From contig CAVRCI010000008.1 of the NCBI GenBank assembly GCA_963719495.1, forward strand, positions 96,001-160,000: a stretch of DNA of 64,000 bases, written 5' to 3'. The stretch is from an uncultured Verrucomicrobiae bacterium (lineage in GTDB: Bacteria; Verrucomicrobiota; Verrucomicrobiia; Chthoniobacterales; JAATET01). A program made the position numbers and the translations under genes. Positions 28,286 through 37,548 of this stretch are shown here, one piece after another (position 1 is the stretch's first letter; the number at the start of each line of letters is the position of its first letter). Below the pieces are notes generated by a model. That model made no database searches. It saw nothing but the letters and a program-made list of their open reading frames with translations, and was not told the DNA's origin.

Positions 28286-29572
28286 TCAGCCGATTTGGGT
28301 TGGTGATTGGCTGGAAGCCAATTCCACGGGCTCTACGAAGAACATTCGGGCGTCGGATTTGCCTTTTATGGGGATGAGGCCGCGGTCGGTGGCGGTGACG
28401 TGATCGCGGGCGGCGGCCAGGAATGCCGCGGAGACGTTGATGCGGGCGGATTCGCCTTCGCTTTCGAAACGGGCGGCGGTGTTGACGGTGTCGCCCCAGA
28501 CGTCGAAGGCGAACTTGCGGTTGCCGACGACGCCGGCGACCAGGGGGCCGCGGTGGATGCCGACGCGGACGTCCCAGTAGCCGAGTCCGGCGGCGGTTTT
28601 TTCCCGTTTGCGGTGGGCGATGAAGTCGCGGATTTCGAGGGCGACGCGGAGGATGCGGCCGGCGGGGTCGGGGGTGGTCTCACCCATGCCGGAGAGGCAG
28701 AGGTAGGCGTCGCCGATGGTCTTCAATTTTTCGACGTCGTGGCGGTCGGTGATGCGGTCGAATTCGACGAAGCAGACGTTGAGTTCGTCGAGGAGTTCGC
28801 CGGCGGTGAGGCCTTCGGCGATGGCGGTGAAGCCGCTGAAGTCGGCGATGAGGACGTTGACGTCGTCGAGGTGGCGGGCGGCGACGCGGCCGTGCGTTTT
28901 CAGTTCCTCGGCGACGTCGTCGGGGAGGATGTTGCGCAGGAGGGCGTCGGAGCGCTCCTTTTCCTCGGCGAGGTCGCGTTGACTTTCGATGAGTTCCTCT
29001 TTCAGGCGGATGGATTCCTGCTGGAGTTCGAGAGTGTCGTGGAGGCCGAGCTGCTGCTCGACGAGGCCGCCGAAGCCGCGGAGGAAGGCGATCTGGTGGG
29101 GGTCGAGGGTGCGGGGTTGGGTGTCGAGGACGCAGAGGGTGCCGACGTTCACGCCGGCTTCGAGGGCGAGGGGCATCCCGGCGTAGAAGCGGGCGTGGGG
29201 GTTGCCGGTCACGAGCGGACTGTGGGCGAATCGGTTGTCGAGGCGGAGGTCCGGCACGACGAGGGGGTCGTTTTGGAGGATGGCGTGGCCGCAGAACGAG
29301 ATGTCGCGGGGGGTCTCGTCGAGGTCGATGCCGTGCTTGGATTTGAACCACTGGCGGTTCACGTCGACCATGGAGATGTAGGCGATGGGGACGTCGAAAA
29401 CGCGGGCGGCGAGGGCGGTGATCTGGTCGAAACGGTCCTCGGGCGGCGTGTCGAGGATGCGGAGATGGCGGAGGGCGCGGAGGCGGGCGTCTTCGTTGGC
29501 GGGCTGGGCCAGGCAGGAGACGCGGGCGGCTTGCGGGGAGGTTGCGGGTGGGGGCTGGAGAGGACGAACCAC
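28286..29572 (-). CDS. GAF + class III adenylate/guanylate cyclase
   Basis: GAF; LLRNILP, ADFSGFT, KLKTIGDAY, FDVWGDTVNTAAR; start estimated. Confidence 0.9.
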   Translation of the reverse strand: MVRPLQPPPATSPQAARVSCLAQPANEDARLRALRHLRILDTPPEDRFDQITALAARVFDVPIAYISMVDVNRQWFKSKHGIDLDETPRDISFCGHAILQNDPLVVPDLRLDNRFAHSPLVTGNPHARFYAGMPLALEAGVNVGTLCVLDTQPRTLDPHQIAFLRGFGGLVEQQLGLHDTLELQQESIRLKEELIESQRDLAEEKERSDALLRNILPDDVAEELKTHGRVAARHLDDVNVLIADFSGFTAIAEGLTAGELLDELNVCFVEFDRITDRHDVEKLKTIGDAYLCLSGMGETTPDPAGRILRVALEIRDFIAHRKREKTAAGLGYWDVRVGIHRGPLVAGVVGNRKFAFDVWGDTVNTAARFESEGESARINVSAAFLAAARDHVTATDRGLIPIKGKSDARMFFVEPVELASSQSPTQIG

Positions 29573-29770
29573 GACGGAGGAGGATCGTTGGCGGGGCGGG
29601 TTTGTCAAAGGAAACGGCGGCGGTGCGGGTGGGCGGCTGGGGATTTTTTCTGATTTGCGTCGCCGCGGGGTTCGTGGGAAGTAATCCGCGTTATCGCACA
29701 GGATTATTACAGTTGGGAGCGGCGTCCGCGGCGGCGCCGGAGACATTTTTATCTCCGGTGGTGGTTCTGG

Positions 29771-32242
29771 GTGCCGATCCTGGTGCTGGTGGTGGGCATC
29801 GCCGGATTTCTGGTGACGGCGTCGGTGCTGACGTCGAAGTATCAGGCGCGCGCGGATTCGTTCGATCTCGAGGAGATGGTGAAAATGGAATCCGCGACGG
29901 TCATTTACGACCGGAACGGGGTGCAGTACGGGAAAATTTTCATCCAGAACCGGTCGCCGATCTTTGGAGACGACATTCCGCAGTTGATGCGTGAAGCCGT
30001 GATCGCGGCGGAGGACAATCGGTTCATGGAGCACCACGGGGTCGATTATTGGGGCATCGCCCGGGCGGCGATTGCGAATTATCGTTCGGGGCGCAAGAGT
30101 CAGGGCGCGAGCACGGTGACGCAGCAGCTGGCGCGGAATTCGTTCGATATGTTCGAGCGGACTTACGAGCGGAAGATCATCGAGATCCTGCTGGCGAACC
30201 GCGTGGAGGATCGTTTTTCCAAGGATCAGATCATGGAGATGTATCTGAACCGGGTGTATTTCGGCTCGGGCCTCTACGGGGTGGAGGCGGCGGCGAAGGG
30301 TTATTTCGGGGTGTCGGCTAAGGAGATGACGGCCGGGCAGTGCGCGACGCTGGCGGGGCTGCTCAAAAGCCCGAATGGCTTGTCGCCGTGGAACAACCCG
30401 GAGGGTGCGAAGGCGACGCGCAACGTGGTGCTGGGGAAAATGCGGGACGAGGGATTCATCACCGCCGAGGAGGAGCAGCAGGATCGGATGGGGCCGATGG
30501 TGACGCGGAAACGCTCGAATCCCTTCAAGGTCTCCTACGCGGTGGACTACGTGCGGCAACAGGCGGTGGCGGCGCTGGGCTACGAGCGGGCGATGAACGG
30601 AGGGTTCACGATTCACACCACGCTCGACCTCGACATGCAGCGGGCGGGAGAGATCGCCCTTCGCAAGGAATTGAACGAGGCCGAGGACCGGCCGGGTTAC
30701 GACCACGAGACCTACGCGCAGTTCGTGAAGAAATTTGCGCCAGCCGAAAATACGCTGCGGTCGGGGGGATTCCCGAGCGGGAAGGTGCCGGCGCCGGAGT
30801 ATCTGCAGGGGGCGGTGATCGCCTACCACAATCCGACGGGCGGGATTCTGACGCTGATCGGCGGGCGCGAATTCACCCACAGCGAATACAATCGCGCGCT
30901 GCAGGCGAGCCGGTCGCCGGGGACCGCTTTTTCGCCGCTCGTTTTTGCGGCGGGTTACGGGAAGGGGATTTTTCCGGGTGAGCTCGTGCAGGATGCGGCG
31001 CTGGACAACCGCTACGTGAACATCGGTGGGACGACGGGGATCCTGGGGGAGTGGGGCGTCGAGCGCGCCGACAACGAATACGAGGGCAACATCACGGCGC
31101 GGGAGGCGCTGGTGCAGTCGAAGAACGCGGCGACGGTGCGGTTCGGCTGGCGGGCGGGATTGGACGCGGTCACGGAGCTCGCGGCGAAGGCGGGGATCAC
31201 GTCGCCGATCCGGCAATTCTCGGGTTCGTTTCTGGGGACGAGCGAGGTGTCGCTGGACCAGCTGACCTTGGCCTACACGATGTTCCCGGGCTACGGGTGG
31301 CGGACGGATAATGCCTACATCATTCAGCGAATCGTGGATGGGAGTGGGCGGGTCGTCTACGAGGCTCCGACGAACAAGGTGCCCGTGGTGGCGGACTCGA
31401 CGGCGTATCAGGTGCACGTCGCGCTCGACGAAGCGCTGCACCGGGGCACGGGCGCGCTGGCGGTCTCGCGTTACGGGCTGGGAAATTACCCGGCGGCGGG
31501 AAAGACGGGCACGGCTTACAATTTTACCGACACGTATTTCGTGGGCTACACGAGCGAGGTGACTTGCGGGGTGTGGGTGGGGTTCGACAAGCCGACGAAG
31601 ATCTACCGCGGGGCGTTTGGCAACGAGTTGGCGCTGCCGGTGTGGACGAGCGTGATGAACGCGTCGGTGGCGGAATTCGAGCCACGGGAATTCGAGCGGC
31701 CGGACTCGGTGACGCCGGTGTCGATCTGCCGGATGTCTGGTCTGCTCGAGACCGGGCGTTGCGAGGATCTGATGGTGGACCCGGCGACGGGTGAGCGCCG
31801 GATGATGAAGACGTCCTACATCGAATACGCGACCGAGGCCCAGAAGCCGCACATCCCGTGCGACGTGCATGGGACCGGGGTGCGACTTTATACGCAGGAG
31901 CGGGAGGAATCGGAGTGGCCGCGGGCGGCTTCCGCGGTGGATCTGGCGATGATTCGGCCGATCGCAATTTCGGAGCCGGCTCTCGTGGGGTTGAATGACG
32001 TCTATGGTTCCGTGCGGCCGGCGGCGATGCGGATGCGGGAGGATGAGATTCCGGTCGCGAAAGCGTTGCCGGTCGATCAATTGGTCGCCGAGGCGGCGAT
32101 GGCGGATGGGGAGGCGGCGTTGGCTCCGGGGGCGGAGGAGGGACCGCGGGAAGTGCGCAAGGCGCAGTTGGTGCGGCCGATGGACGTGCGCGGTTCGGTG
32201 CCGGTGATCTCGATCGAGCCGCCGAAGGCGATCGAGTTTTAG
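29771..32242 (+). CDS. Class A penicillin-binding protein (PBP1A-like) with degenerate transpeptidase site
   Basis: GT motifs EDNRF, GASTVTQQ, RKIIE, YLNRVYFG; TP region PGTAFSP, SKN, KTGT. Confidence 0.92.
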   Translation: MPILVLVVGIAGFLVTASVLTSKYQARADSFDLEEMVKMESATVIYDRNGVQYGKIFIQNRSPIFGDDIPQLMREAVIAAEDNRFMEHHGVDYWGIARAAIANYRSGRKSQGASTVTQQLARNSFDMFERTYERKIIEILLANRVEDRFSKDQIMEMYLNRVYFGSGLYGVEAAAKGYFGVSAKEMTAGQCATLAGLLKSPNGLSPWNNPEGAKATRNVVLGKMRDEGFITAEEEQQDRMGPMVTRKRSNPFKVSYAVDYVRQQAVAALGYERAMNGGFTIHTTLDLDMQRAGEIALRKELNEAEDRPGYDHETYAQFVKKFAPAENTLRSGGFPSGKVPAPEYLQGAVIAYHNPTGGILTLIGGREFTHSEYNRALQASRSPGTAFSPLVFAAGYGKGIFPGELVQDAALDNRYVNIGGTTGILGEWGVERADNEYEGNITAREALVQSKNAATVRFGWRAGLDAVTELAAKAGITSPIRQFSGSFLGTSEVSLDQLTLAYTMFPGYGWRTDNAYIIQRIVDGSGRVVYEAPTNKVPVVADSTAYQVHVALDEALHRGTGALAVSRYGLGNYPAAGKTGTAYNFTDTYFVGYTSEVTCGVWVGFDKPTKIYRGAFGNELALPVWTSVMNASVAEFEPREFERPDSVTPVSICRMSGLLETGRCEDLMVDPATGERRMMKTSYIEYATEAQKPHIPCDVHGTGVRLYTQEREESEWPRAASAVDLAMIRPIAISEPALVGLNDVYGSVRPAAMRMREDEIPVAKALPVDQLVAEAAMADGEAALAPGAEEGPREVRKAQLVRPMDVRGSVPVISIEPPKAIEF

Positions 32243-32274
32243 CTCGGGGGGCGGTGGGGTGAAGTGTCCGGCTG

Positions 32275-32402
32275 CGCCGGATTGGGTTGGTGCGGCGAGC
32301 GGGAGGTCGCCGTTTCTCGAGGTTCGGCTCTCTCGCTGCGCTCGATTTGCCGGACGATGCGGCGGGACGCCGCATCTCGCACGCGGGACGCGTGCGCTCC
32401 CC
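32275..32402 (-). repeat. Double-hairpin GGAG-terminal element, copy B
   Basis: Closely similar to 58359-58488 and 11964-12042. Confidence 0.85.
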
Positions 32403-32405
32403 GAA

Positions 32406-33269
32406 TTACTTTCCGGCGTGTTGGGCGTCGAAAGTGGCGATTTGTTCGAGGATGACTTCGGTCATCGATGGCTCGGTGCCGATGGCGCTGGCGTAGTAGA
32501 GGGTGCGGTCGCGGAAATGGTGGGGATTTTTCCGGAAGACTTCGCGCTGGCTGGCGGCGGGCAGGCCTTCCTCCTCGGTGCCGAGGAGAACCGGGATGTC
32601 CTGGAAGCTGTGGAGGCCGTCGGCGATGAAGAACGGGACGACGACGACGTTGGGGCAGTTCGTGAGCTTGTCCCAGTCGGCGATGAGGGGTGGCTCCTCC
32701 ATGTAGGTGGCGAGGACTTCGCCGTAGAGACCGAGCTCGGCGATGCGGGCGACCTGGTCCTTCGCGGCGCGGGCGGAGTTGTCGTTGAGGCTGGTGCCGT
32801 GGCCGACGATGAGGAGGCTGGTGGTGGCGGGATCGACGCCGGGCGCGGTCTCGCGGGCGCGTTGGAGGATGACGTCCGTCATGGCCGGGTGGCTGCCGAC
32901 GGGTTCGCAGTAGCGGAGCGTGCGGCCGTCGCGGTGGGTGATCGGGCCGTCGAGTTGGAACTCGCGGGGGATGACGGTCTGGGTGAAGTAGCCTTCGCTG
33001 ATGAAGTTCGGCACGAGGTAAACGTCGTCGGATTCGACCATGTGCAGCGCTTCCCGGAAGGATGGCTCTTCTTTCCAAAAAGCCGAGACGACTTCGCCGA
33101 AAATGCCGCGCGACCGGAGGGCGGTGGCGTGGTCGTGGGTCGAGGCGCTGGAATCGGGATTGAGCGTCGAGCCGTGGCCGATGAGGACGAGGGCGGAGTC
33201 CAGTTTCGATTTCCGATTTTCGATTTTCGAATTCGGATTGGTCGGCGGTTCGTGTAGTTCGGTGCTCAT
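32406..33269 (-). CDS. CbiX/SirB-type two-domain chelatase-like protein
   Basis: [31 protein letters not shown]; start uncertain. Confidence 0.8.
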   Translation of the reverse strand: MSTELHEPPTNPNSKIENRKSKLDSALVLIGHGSTLNPDSSASTHDHATALRSRGIFGEVVSAFWKEEPSFREALHMVESDDVYLVPNFISEGYFTQTVIPREFQLDGPITHRDGRTLRYCEPVGSHPAMTDVILQRARETAPGVDPATTSLLIVGHGTSLNDNSARAAKDQVARIAELGLYGEVLATYMEEPPLIADWDKLTNCPNVVVVPFFIADGLHSFQDIPVLLGTEEEGLPAASQREVFRKNPHHFRDRTLYYASAIGTEPSMTEVILEQIATFDAQHAGK

Positions 33270-33837
33270 GTCGGTTTGCTCGGATAAATGGATACGTCGG
33301 ATGGCTCAGGATCACGGGATGATCGAACCGTTCTCGGAGACGCAGGTGCGGCACGACGAGGCGGGCGGGCGGCTGATCAGTTACGGCTTGTCGAGTTACG
33401 GTTACGATCTGCGGGTCTCTTCGGAGTTCAAGGTTTTCACGAACGTCTACAATACCGTCGTCGATCCCAAGGCATTCGACGACCGGTCGTTCGTCGACAT
33501 GGATACCAACATTTGCATCGTCCCGCCGAACTCGTTCGCACTCGCCCGCAGCGTCGAATATTTTCGCATCCCGCGCGACGTCCTCACGATCTGCGTGGGG
33601 AAATCGACCTACGCGCGATGTGGGATCATCGTGAACGTCACGCCCTTCGAACCCGAGTGGGAGGGGCACGTGACGCTGGAAATCTCCAACACGACGCCGC
33701 TCCCGGCGAAGATCTACGCGAACGAGGGGCTCGCGCAGGTCGTGTTTTTCCGAGGCGACGAGGTGTGCGAGACGAGCTACGCCGACCGGGGCGGGAAATA
33801 CATGAAGCAGCGTGGGATCACGATCCCGCGGATGTAG
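33268..33837 (+). CDS. dcd: dCTP deaminase
   Basis: [31 protein letters not shown]. Confidence 0.96.
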   Translation: MSVCSDKWIRRMAQDHGMIEPFSETQVRHDEAGGRLISYGLSSYGYDLRVSSEFKVFTNVYNTVVDPKAFDDRSFVDMDTNICIVPPNSFALARSVEYFRIPRDVLTICVGKSTYARCGIIVNVTPFEPEWEGHVTLEISNTTPLPAKIYANEGLAQVVFFRGDEVCETSYADRGGKYMKQRGITIPRM

Positions 33838-33863
33838 CCGGTGAGGTGGTCCGGTGGACGCGG

Positions 33864-34394
33864 TTAGAGGTCGTCCTCGTCGCCGCTGTCTTCCGTCTCG
33901 TCATCATCATCTTCGGCGTCTTCCTCCGCGTCGCTTTCGGAATCTTCGTCCTCGTCGCGTTGCTTGATGTTGGCGAGCACTTCGGACATGTCCTCGACTT
34001 CGGCCCAGACGTCGTCGCTCACGTAGATGCTGGCTTTTTGCTGGGCCGCGAGGGCGATGCAGTCGCTGGGACGGGCGTCGAGCTCGATGATCTTTCGCTG
34101 ATGGATCTCGTTCTCGGCAGTGATGATGAGGCGACCGAAGTAGGTGCCGTTTTTGAGATCGTTGATGATGACGCGTTCGACCTTCGCGCCGACCGCGGCG
34201 AGGACGAGGGCCATGAGGTCGTGGGTGAGCGGACGTTCCTTCGACTGGCCGCTCATAAACATTCCGATGGCGCTGCCGACGCTCGGATCGACGTAGATCA
34301 CGAAAATCTTGTCGTCGTTTCCGAGAAAGACCGCACATCCGCTGCCGGTCGGGATCAACGCCTTCACCCGCACTTCGACCACCGCCTTGCTCAT
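33864..34394 (-). CDS. Bifunctional nuclease family (DUF151)
   Basis: RPLTHDL, DARPSDCIALA, acidic tail. Confidence 0.9.
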   Translation of the reverse strand: MSKAVVEVRVKALIPTGSGCAVFLGNDDKIFVIYVDPSVGSAIGMFMSGQSKERPLTHDLMALVLAAVGAKVERVIINDLKNGTYFGRLIITAENEIHQRKIIELDARPSDCIALAAQQKASIYVSDDVWAEVEDMSEVLANIKQRDEDEDSESDAEEDAEDDDDETEDSGDEDDL

Positions 34395-34438
34395 GGCTTG
34401 AAAACTAGCAGCGGTCGGAGGGGGCGACAATGGCCGGA

Positions 34439-34972
34439 TTATTCGCGAGCCAGATCGGCCAGGTAGCGGCGCGACAGGATGACGTAGCGCTCGGCCCAGA
34501 CGCGGATGCCATCCTGTTCCTCCCGCGTGAGCGCGCGGACGACCTTCGCGGGCGTGCCGAGGACGAGGGAGCCGGTCGGGATCCGTGTGTGACCAGTGAC
34601 GGTCGAGTTCGCCCCGACGATCGAGCGGCTGCCGATGTGCGCGCCGTCGAGGATGATCGCGCCCATTCCGATGAGCACTTCGTCTTCGAGGGTGCAGGCG
34701 TGGACGGTGGCCTGGTGCCCGACGGTCACCCACTCGCCGATGATCGTCGGGAGGTCGTCGGCGACGTGGACGACGCAGCCGTCCTGGACGTTTGAATGCG
34801 CGCCAATCCGGATTGGCGCGATGTCGCCCCGCAGGGAGCACTGCGGCCAGATGCTCGCCTCGTCGCCGATCTCGATGTCGCCGTGGAGGAAGACGTGCGG
34901 CGCGACGAAGGCCGATGCTGCGATGGAGGGTTTCCGGCTCATGAAGCCGTCGATTTGATCTTCGAATTTCAT
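34439..34972 (-). CDS. Gamma carbonic anhydrase family protein
   Basis: Hexapeptide repeats, LRGD, SNVQD..VVH, VGH..VHAC, GTPAK. Confidence 0.92.
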   Translation of the reverse strand: MKFEDQIDGFMSRKPSIAASAFVAPHVFLHGDIEIGDEASIWPQCSLRGDIAPIRIGAHSNVQDGCVVHVADDLPTIIGEWVTVGHQATVHACTLEDEVLIGMGAIILDGAHIGSRSIVGANSTVTGHTRIPTGSLVLGTPAKVVRALTREEQDGIRVWAERYVILSRRYLADLARE

Positions 34973-35056
34973 GATCGTGACGCTACCAGCAAGGCGGGCA
35001 AAGGTCGTGCTTGGATCGACGCTTGGAAAAAAATCCAAAAAGTTCGCGCACAAGCG

Positions 35057-35086
35057 TTGACAGATTCCCGATTTTCGAAGTAGTTT
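35057..35086 (+). promoter_or_regulatory. Putative sigma70 promoter of HU gene
   Basis: TTGACA-18 nt-TAGTTT upstream of the ATG at 35131. Confidence 0.5.
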
Positions 35087-35130
35087 GGCAATTACCTTCA
35101 CGCGAGGAATTCCCAAAGACTCTTTCTTAT

Positions 35131-35406
35131 ATGAACAAAGTAGAACTCATCGAAGCCGTCAGGAAGTCCCTCGGCAAGGAAACCAGCAAGGCCGACGCGG
35201 AGCGCGCGGTGGCAGCGGTCATCGACTCGATCAAGATCGGCGTCAAGAAGACCAAGGTCGTTCAGCTCGTAGGCTTCGGAACGTTCAAGGTCGCCGCTCG
35301 TAAAGCGCGCATGGGTGTGAATCCCAAGACCGGCGACAAAATCAAGATCAAGGCTTCGAAGGGCATCAAGTTCACCGCCGGCAAGGCCTTCAAGGAACTG
35401 CTCTAA
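35131..35406 (+). CDS. hup: HU family DNA-binding protein
   Basis: MNKVELI, VQLVGFGTF, ARMGVNPKTG, KFTAGK. Confidence 0.95.
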   Translation: MNKVELIEAVRKSLGKETSKADAERAVAAVIDSIKIGVKKTKVVQLVGFGTFKVAARKARMGVNPKTGDKIKIKASKGIKFTAGKAFKELL

Positions 35407-35441
35407 GTTTTATCCCATAGCGGCACTTTCCCCCCCGCACC

Positions 35442-35482
35442 GAGAAAACCCGTTTGGCCGTTTGGGCTTAACGGGTTTTCTC
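35442..35482. terminator. Hairpin downstream of HU, probable terminator
   Basis: GAGAAAACCCGTT ... AACGGGTTTTCTC. Confidence 0.65.
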
Positions 35483-35764
35483 ACGTCCGGGGGGCGTGGT
35501 TTTTAGGGTTTGTGGGGCGGGGGAGCTGAGGGTTTATGAGGTGGGCGGTGAGGATCTTCGGGCGGTCGTCGTGAGTTCGAGCGTGGGAACGTAGCTGGCG
35601 TCCGAAGGTGGAATTCGCGCTCCGCGCGAGTTGGCGGGAGAAGCTGCACGGAAGAGCGGTGCTCGATGTGAGCGTTGAGCGTGGTTTGCGGATCTCGTCC
35701 GCTTTATGGAGAGGCTTGCGAATCGGAGGTTGGCGTGTTCTCGAGCGAAGCGAGCCCTCAAACC

Positions 35765-36207
35765 CTGTCATGTTGAGCGAAGCGAAACATCTCTGGCTTC
35801 TCACCGCATTCTCGGGTCGGCGGAGGCTGGTTTTTGCGGACGATGGTCGCGAAGTGTAAGCCAGAGATTCTTCGCTTCGCTCAGAATGACAGGTGGGGGG
35901 CGGGCGGCGGTGGTTTTGTTGGAAGGCGGAGGATCGTTTTGCGGACGATCGTTACGAAGTGTAAGCCAGAGATTCTTCGCTTCGCTCAGAATGACAGGTT
36001 GGGGGCGGGCGGCGGTGGTATTGATGGAAGGCGGAGGCTCGTTTTGCGGACGATGGTCGCGACGTGTAAGCCAGAGATTCTTCGCTTCGCTCAGAATGAC
36101 AGGTTGGGGGGCGGGCGTCGGTGGTATTGATGGAAGGCGGAGGCTCGTTTTGCGGACGATGGTCGCGACGTGTAAGCCAGAGATTCTTCGCTTCGCTCAG
36201 CATGACA
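35765..36207. repeat. TGTCAT-type element with one left arm and a 105/106-bp tandem array of four right arms
   Basis: GTGTAAGCCAGAGATTCTTCGCTTCGCTCAG(A/C)ATGACA at 35854, 35959, 36064, 36170; intervening sequence near-identical. Confidence 0.95.
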
Positions 36208-36360
36208 ATGGGGGTGGCGGGTGTTGTCGGTGTCCTTGAAACTTCCGGGTGATTAAGCGCTGCCAGGTCATGGCTCGCGGTTGAAGTCATCCGCTTTCCA
36301 CGGGCGACAATTCGCCGCCAGCCGACTTGATCGGCTCGCATCCCGGCGTATGGTGCGCGC

Positions 36361-36918
36361 GTGTTGCGCGTCGTTGGGATTCTGGTTGGGGTTTGGTTGC
36401 TGGCCGCGGGCGTGATTTGGTTCGTTCGGGCGGAGCGACCGACTCCTGATAAGATCGAAGCGTATTTGGCGGCGAATCCTTTGGATGAACGCCAGGACGA
36501 TGAGCGTGCGGAGGTGATCGAGGCGATGGCCTCGAAGGTGAACCGCTTGGAGTTCGAAGAGCGGCGGAAACTCCAGCGCACGGGGCGGGCTCGGGAGTTT
36601 TTCGAATCGATGACCGACGAGGAGCAGAGTCGCTACCTGGACCTCACGCTGCCGGAGGGATTCAAGCAGGTGATGCTGGCGTTGAACAAAATGAAGCCGG
36701 AGAAACGGCGGGAATTGGTCGAGCGCGCTCTGGAGAACATCGAGAAGGGCGGGCCGCCGGAGGACGCGGATCGGCCGCCGGTCGACGATGCGATGATGAA
36801 GAAGATCGTGGCGCAGGGGATGACGTCGTTCTACGAGGACGCGAACGCGGAGGTGAAAATGGATTTCGCTCCGGTGATCGAGCAGATTCAGCAATCGCTG
36901 CGGTGGCGGGACCGGTGA
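36361..36918 (+). CDS. Hypothetical membrane-anchored helical protein
   Basis: N-terminal TM, charged helical body; first gene of a coupled operon. Confidence 0.7.
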   Translation: MLRVVGILVGVWLLAAGVIWFVRAERPTPDKIEAYLAANPLDERQDDERAEVIEAMASKVNRLEFEERRKLQRTGRAREFFESMTDEEQSRYLDLTLPEGFKQVMLALNKMKPEKRRELVERALENIEKGGPPEDADRPPVDDAMMKKIVAQGMTSFYEDANAEVKMDFAPVIEQIQQSLRWRDR

Positions 36919-37544
36919 ATACAGTTGATAAGGTGAGAACCACAGCCAAGCTGAGCGAAACAGCCCGTCGAAGACAATCGCGGAGGGATGAGCGAAGCGA
37001 AGCAAATGGACGCGGATGGACACGGATCGATTGTAAGGGATTCACTTTGATCGAGCTGCTGGTCGTTCTGGGAATGATGGCGCTTTTGGCGGCTTTGATC
37101 GTTCCTTCCGTCGCCAAAATTCGGGAGAAGGGGCGGACGGCGGCTTGTCTTTCGAATCTTCGGCAGCTGGGGGTGGCGCTGAATGGCTACCTTGGCGACC
37201 ACGATCTGACGATGCCAACTCTGCTGGTGGGCCGACCGGATGAGGGCGTCGATGCGGAGACGATCGACACGGTTTTGGTGGATTACGCGGGGAGCGAAAC
37301 CGTCTTTCGTTGTCCCTCGGATCCGGGGATTTGGCGGGAAACCGGGACGAGTTATTTCTGGAATCCGGCGTTGAACGGTCAGCGGTCGATGGCGCTGACA
37401 TTTTTGAATCTCACGGAGTCCGGGTCGCGGATCCCGGTGCTGTCGGATAAGGAAGGGTGGCATCAGGGCGGAGGGCCGGAGGTGAACATCCTCTACGCGG
37501 ACGGTCACGTGACCAATGGACTGAACCTCTCGGCGGGGAATTGA
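36915..37544 (+). CDS. Prepilin-type N-terminal cleavage/methylation protein with H-X9-DG-type C-terminus
   Basis: GFTLIELLVV, CLSNLRQLG, FRCPSD, NILYADGHV; GTG start overlaps upstream TGA. Confidence 0.88.
   Translation: MNTVDKVRTTAKLSETARRRQSRRDERSEANGRGWTRIDCKGFTLIELLVVLGMMALLAALIVPSVAKIREKGRTAACLSNLRQLGVALNGYLGDHDLTMPTLLVGRPDEGVDAETIDTVLVDYAGSETVFRCPSDPGIWRETGTSYFWNPALNGQRSMALTFLNLTESGSRIPVLSDKEGWHQGGGPEVNILYADGHVTNGLNLSAGN
36989..37027. repeat. CACGGATGGA-type short repeat element
   Basis: GAGCGAAGCGAAGCAAATGGACGCGGATGGACACGGAT; related to 54804-54842, with weaker copies near 14270 and 39290. Confidence 0.6.
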
Positions 37545-37548
37545 TCGG

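Noticed and set aside
28286..32080. 1264-aa cyclase
   Set aside because: N-terminal two thirds is antisense to the PBP gene; the real GAF-cyclase starts near 29572
35819..36207. CRISPR array
   Set aside because: Sequences between the conserved 38-mers are near-identical rather than unique spacers, the period is 105-106 bp, there are no cas genes, and the repeat is an arm of a dispersed inverted element
35481..36581. ORFs across the tandem array (e.g. 35706..36239, 35834..36130, 35952..36581)
   Set aside because: Translations of repeat DNA; the same peptides appear from the element at 1478-1584
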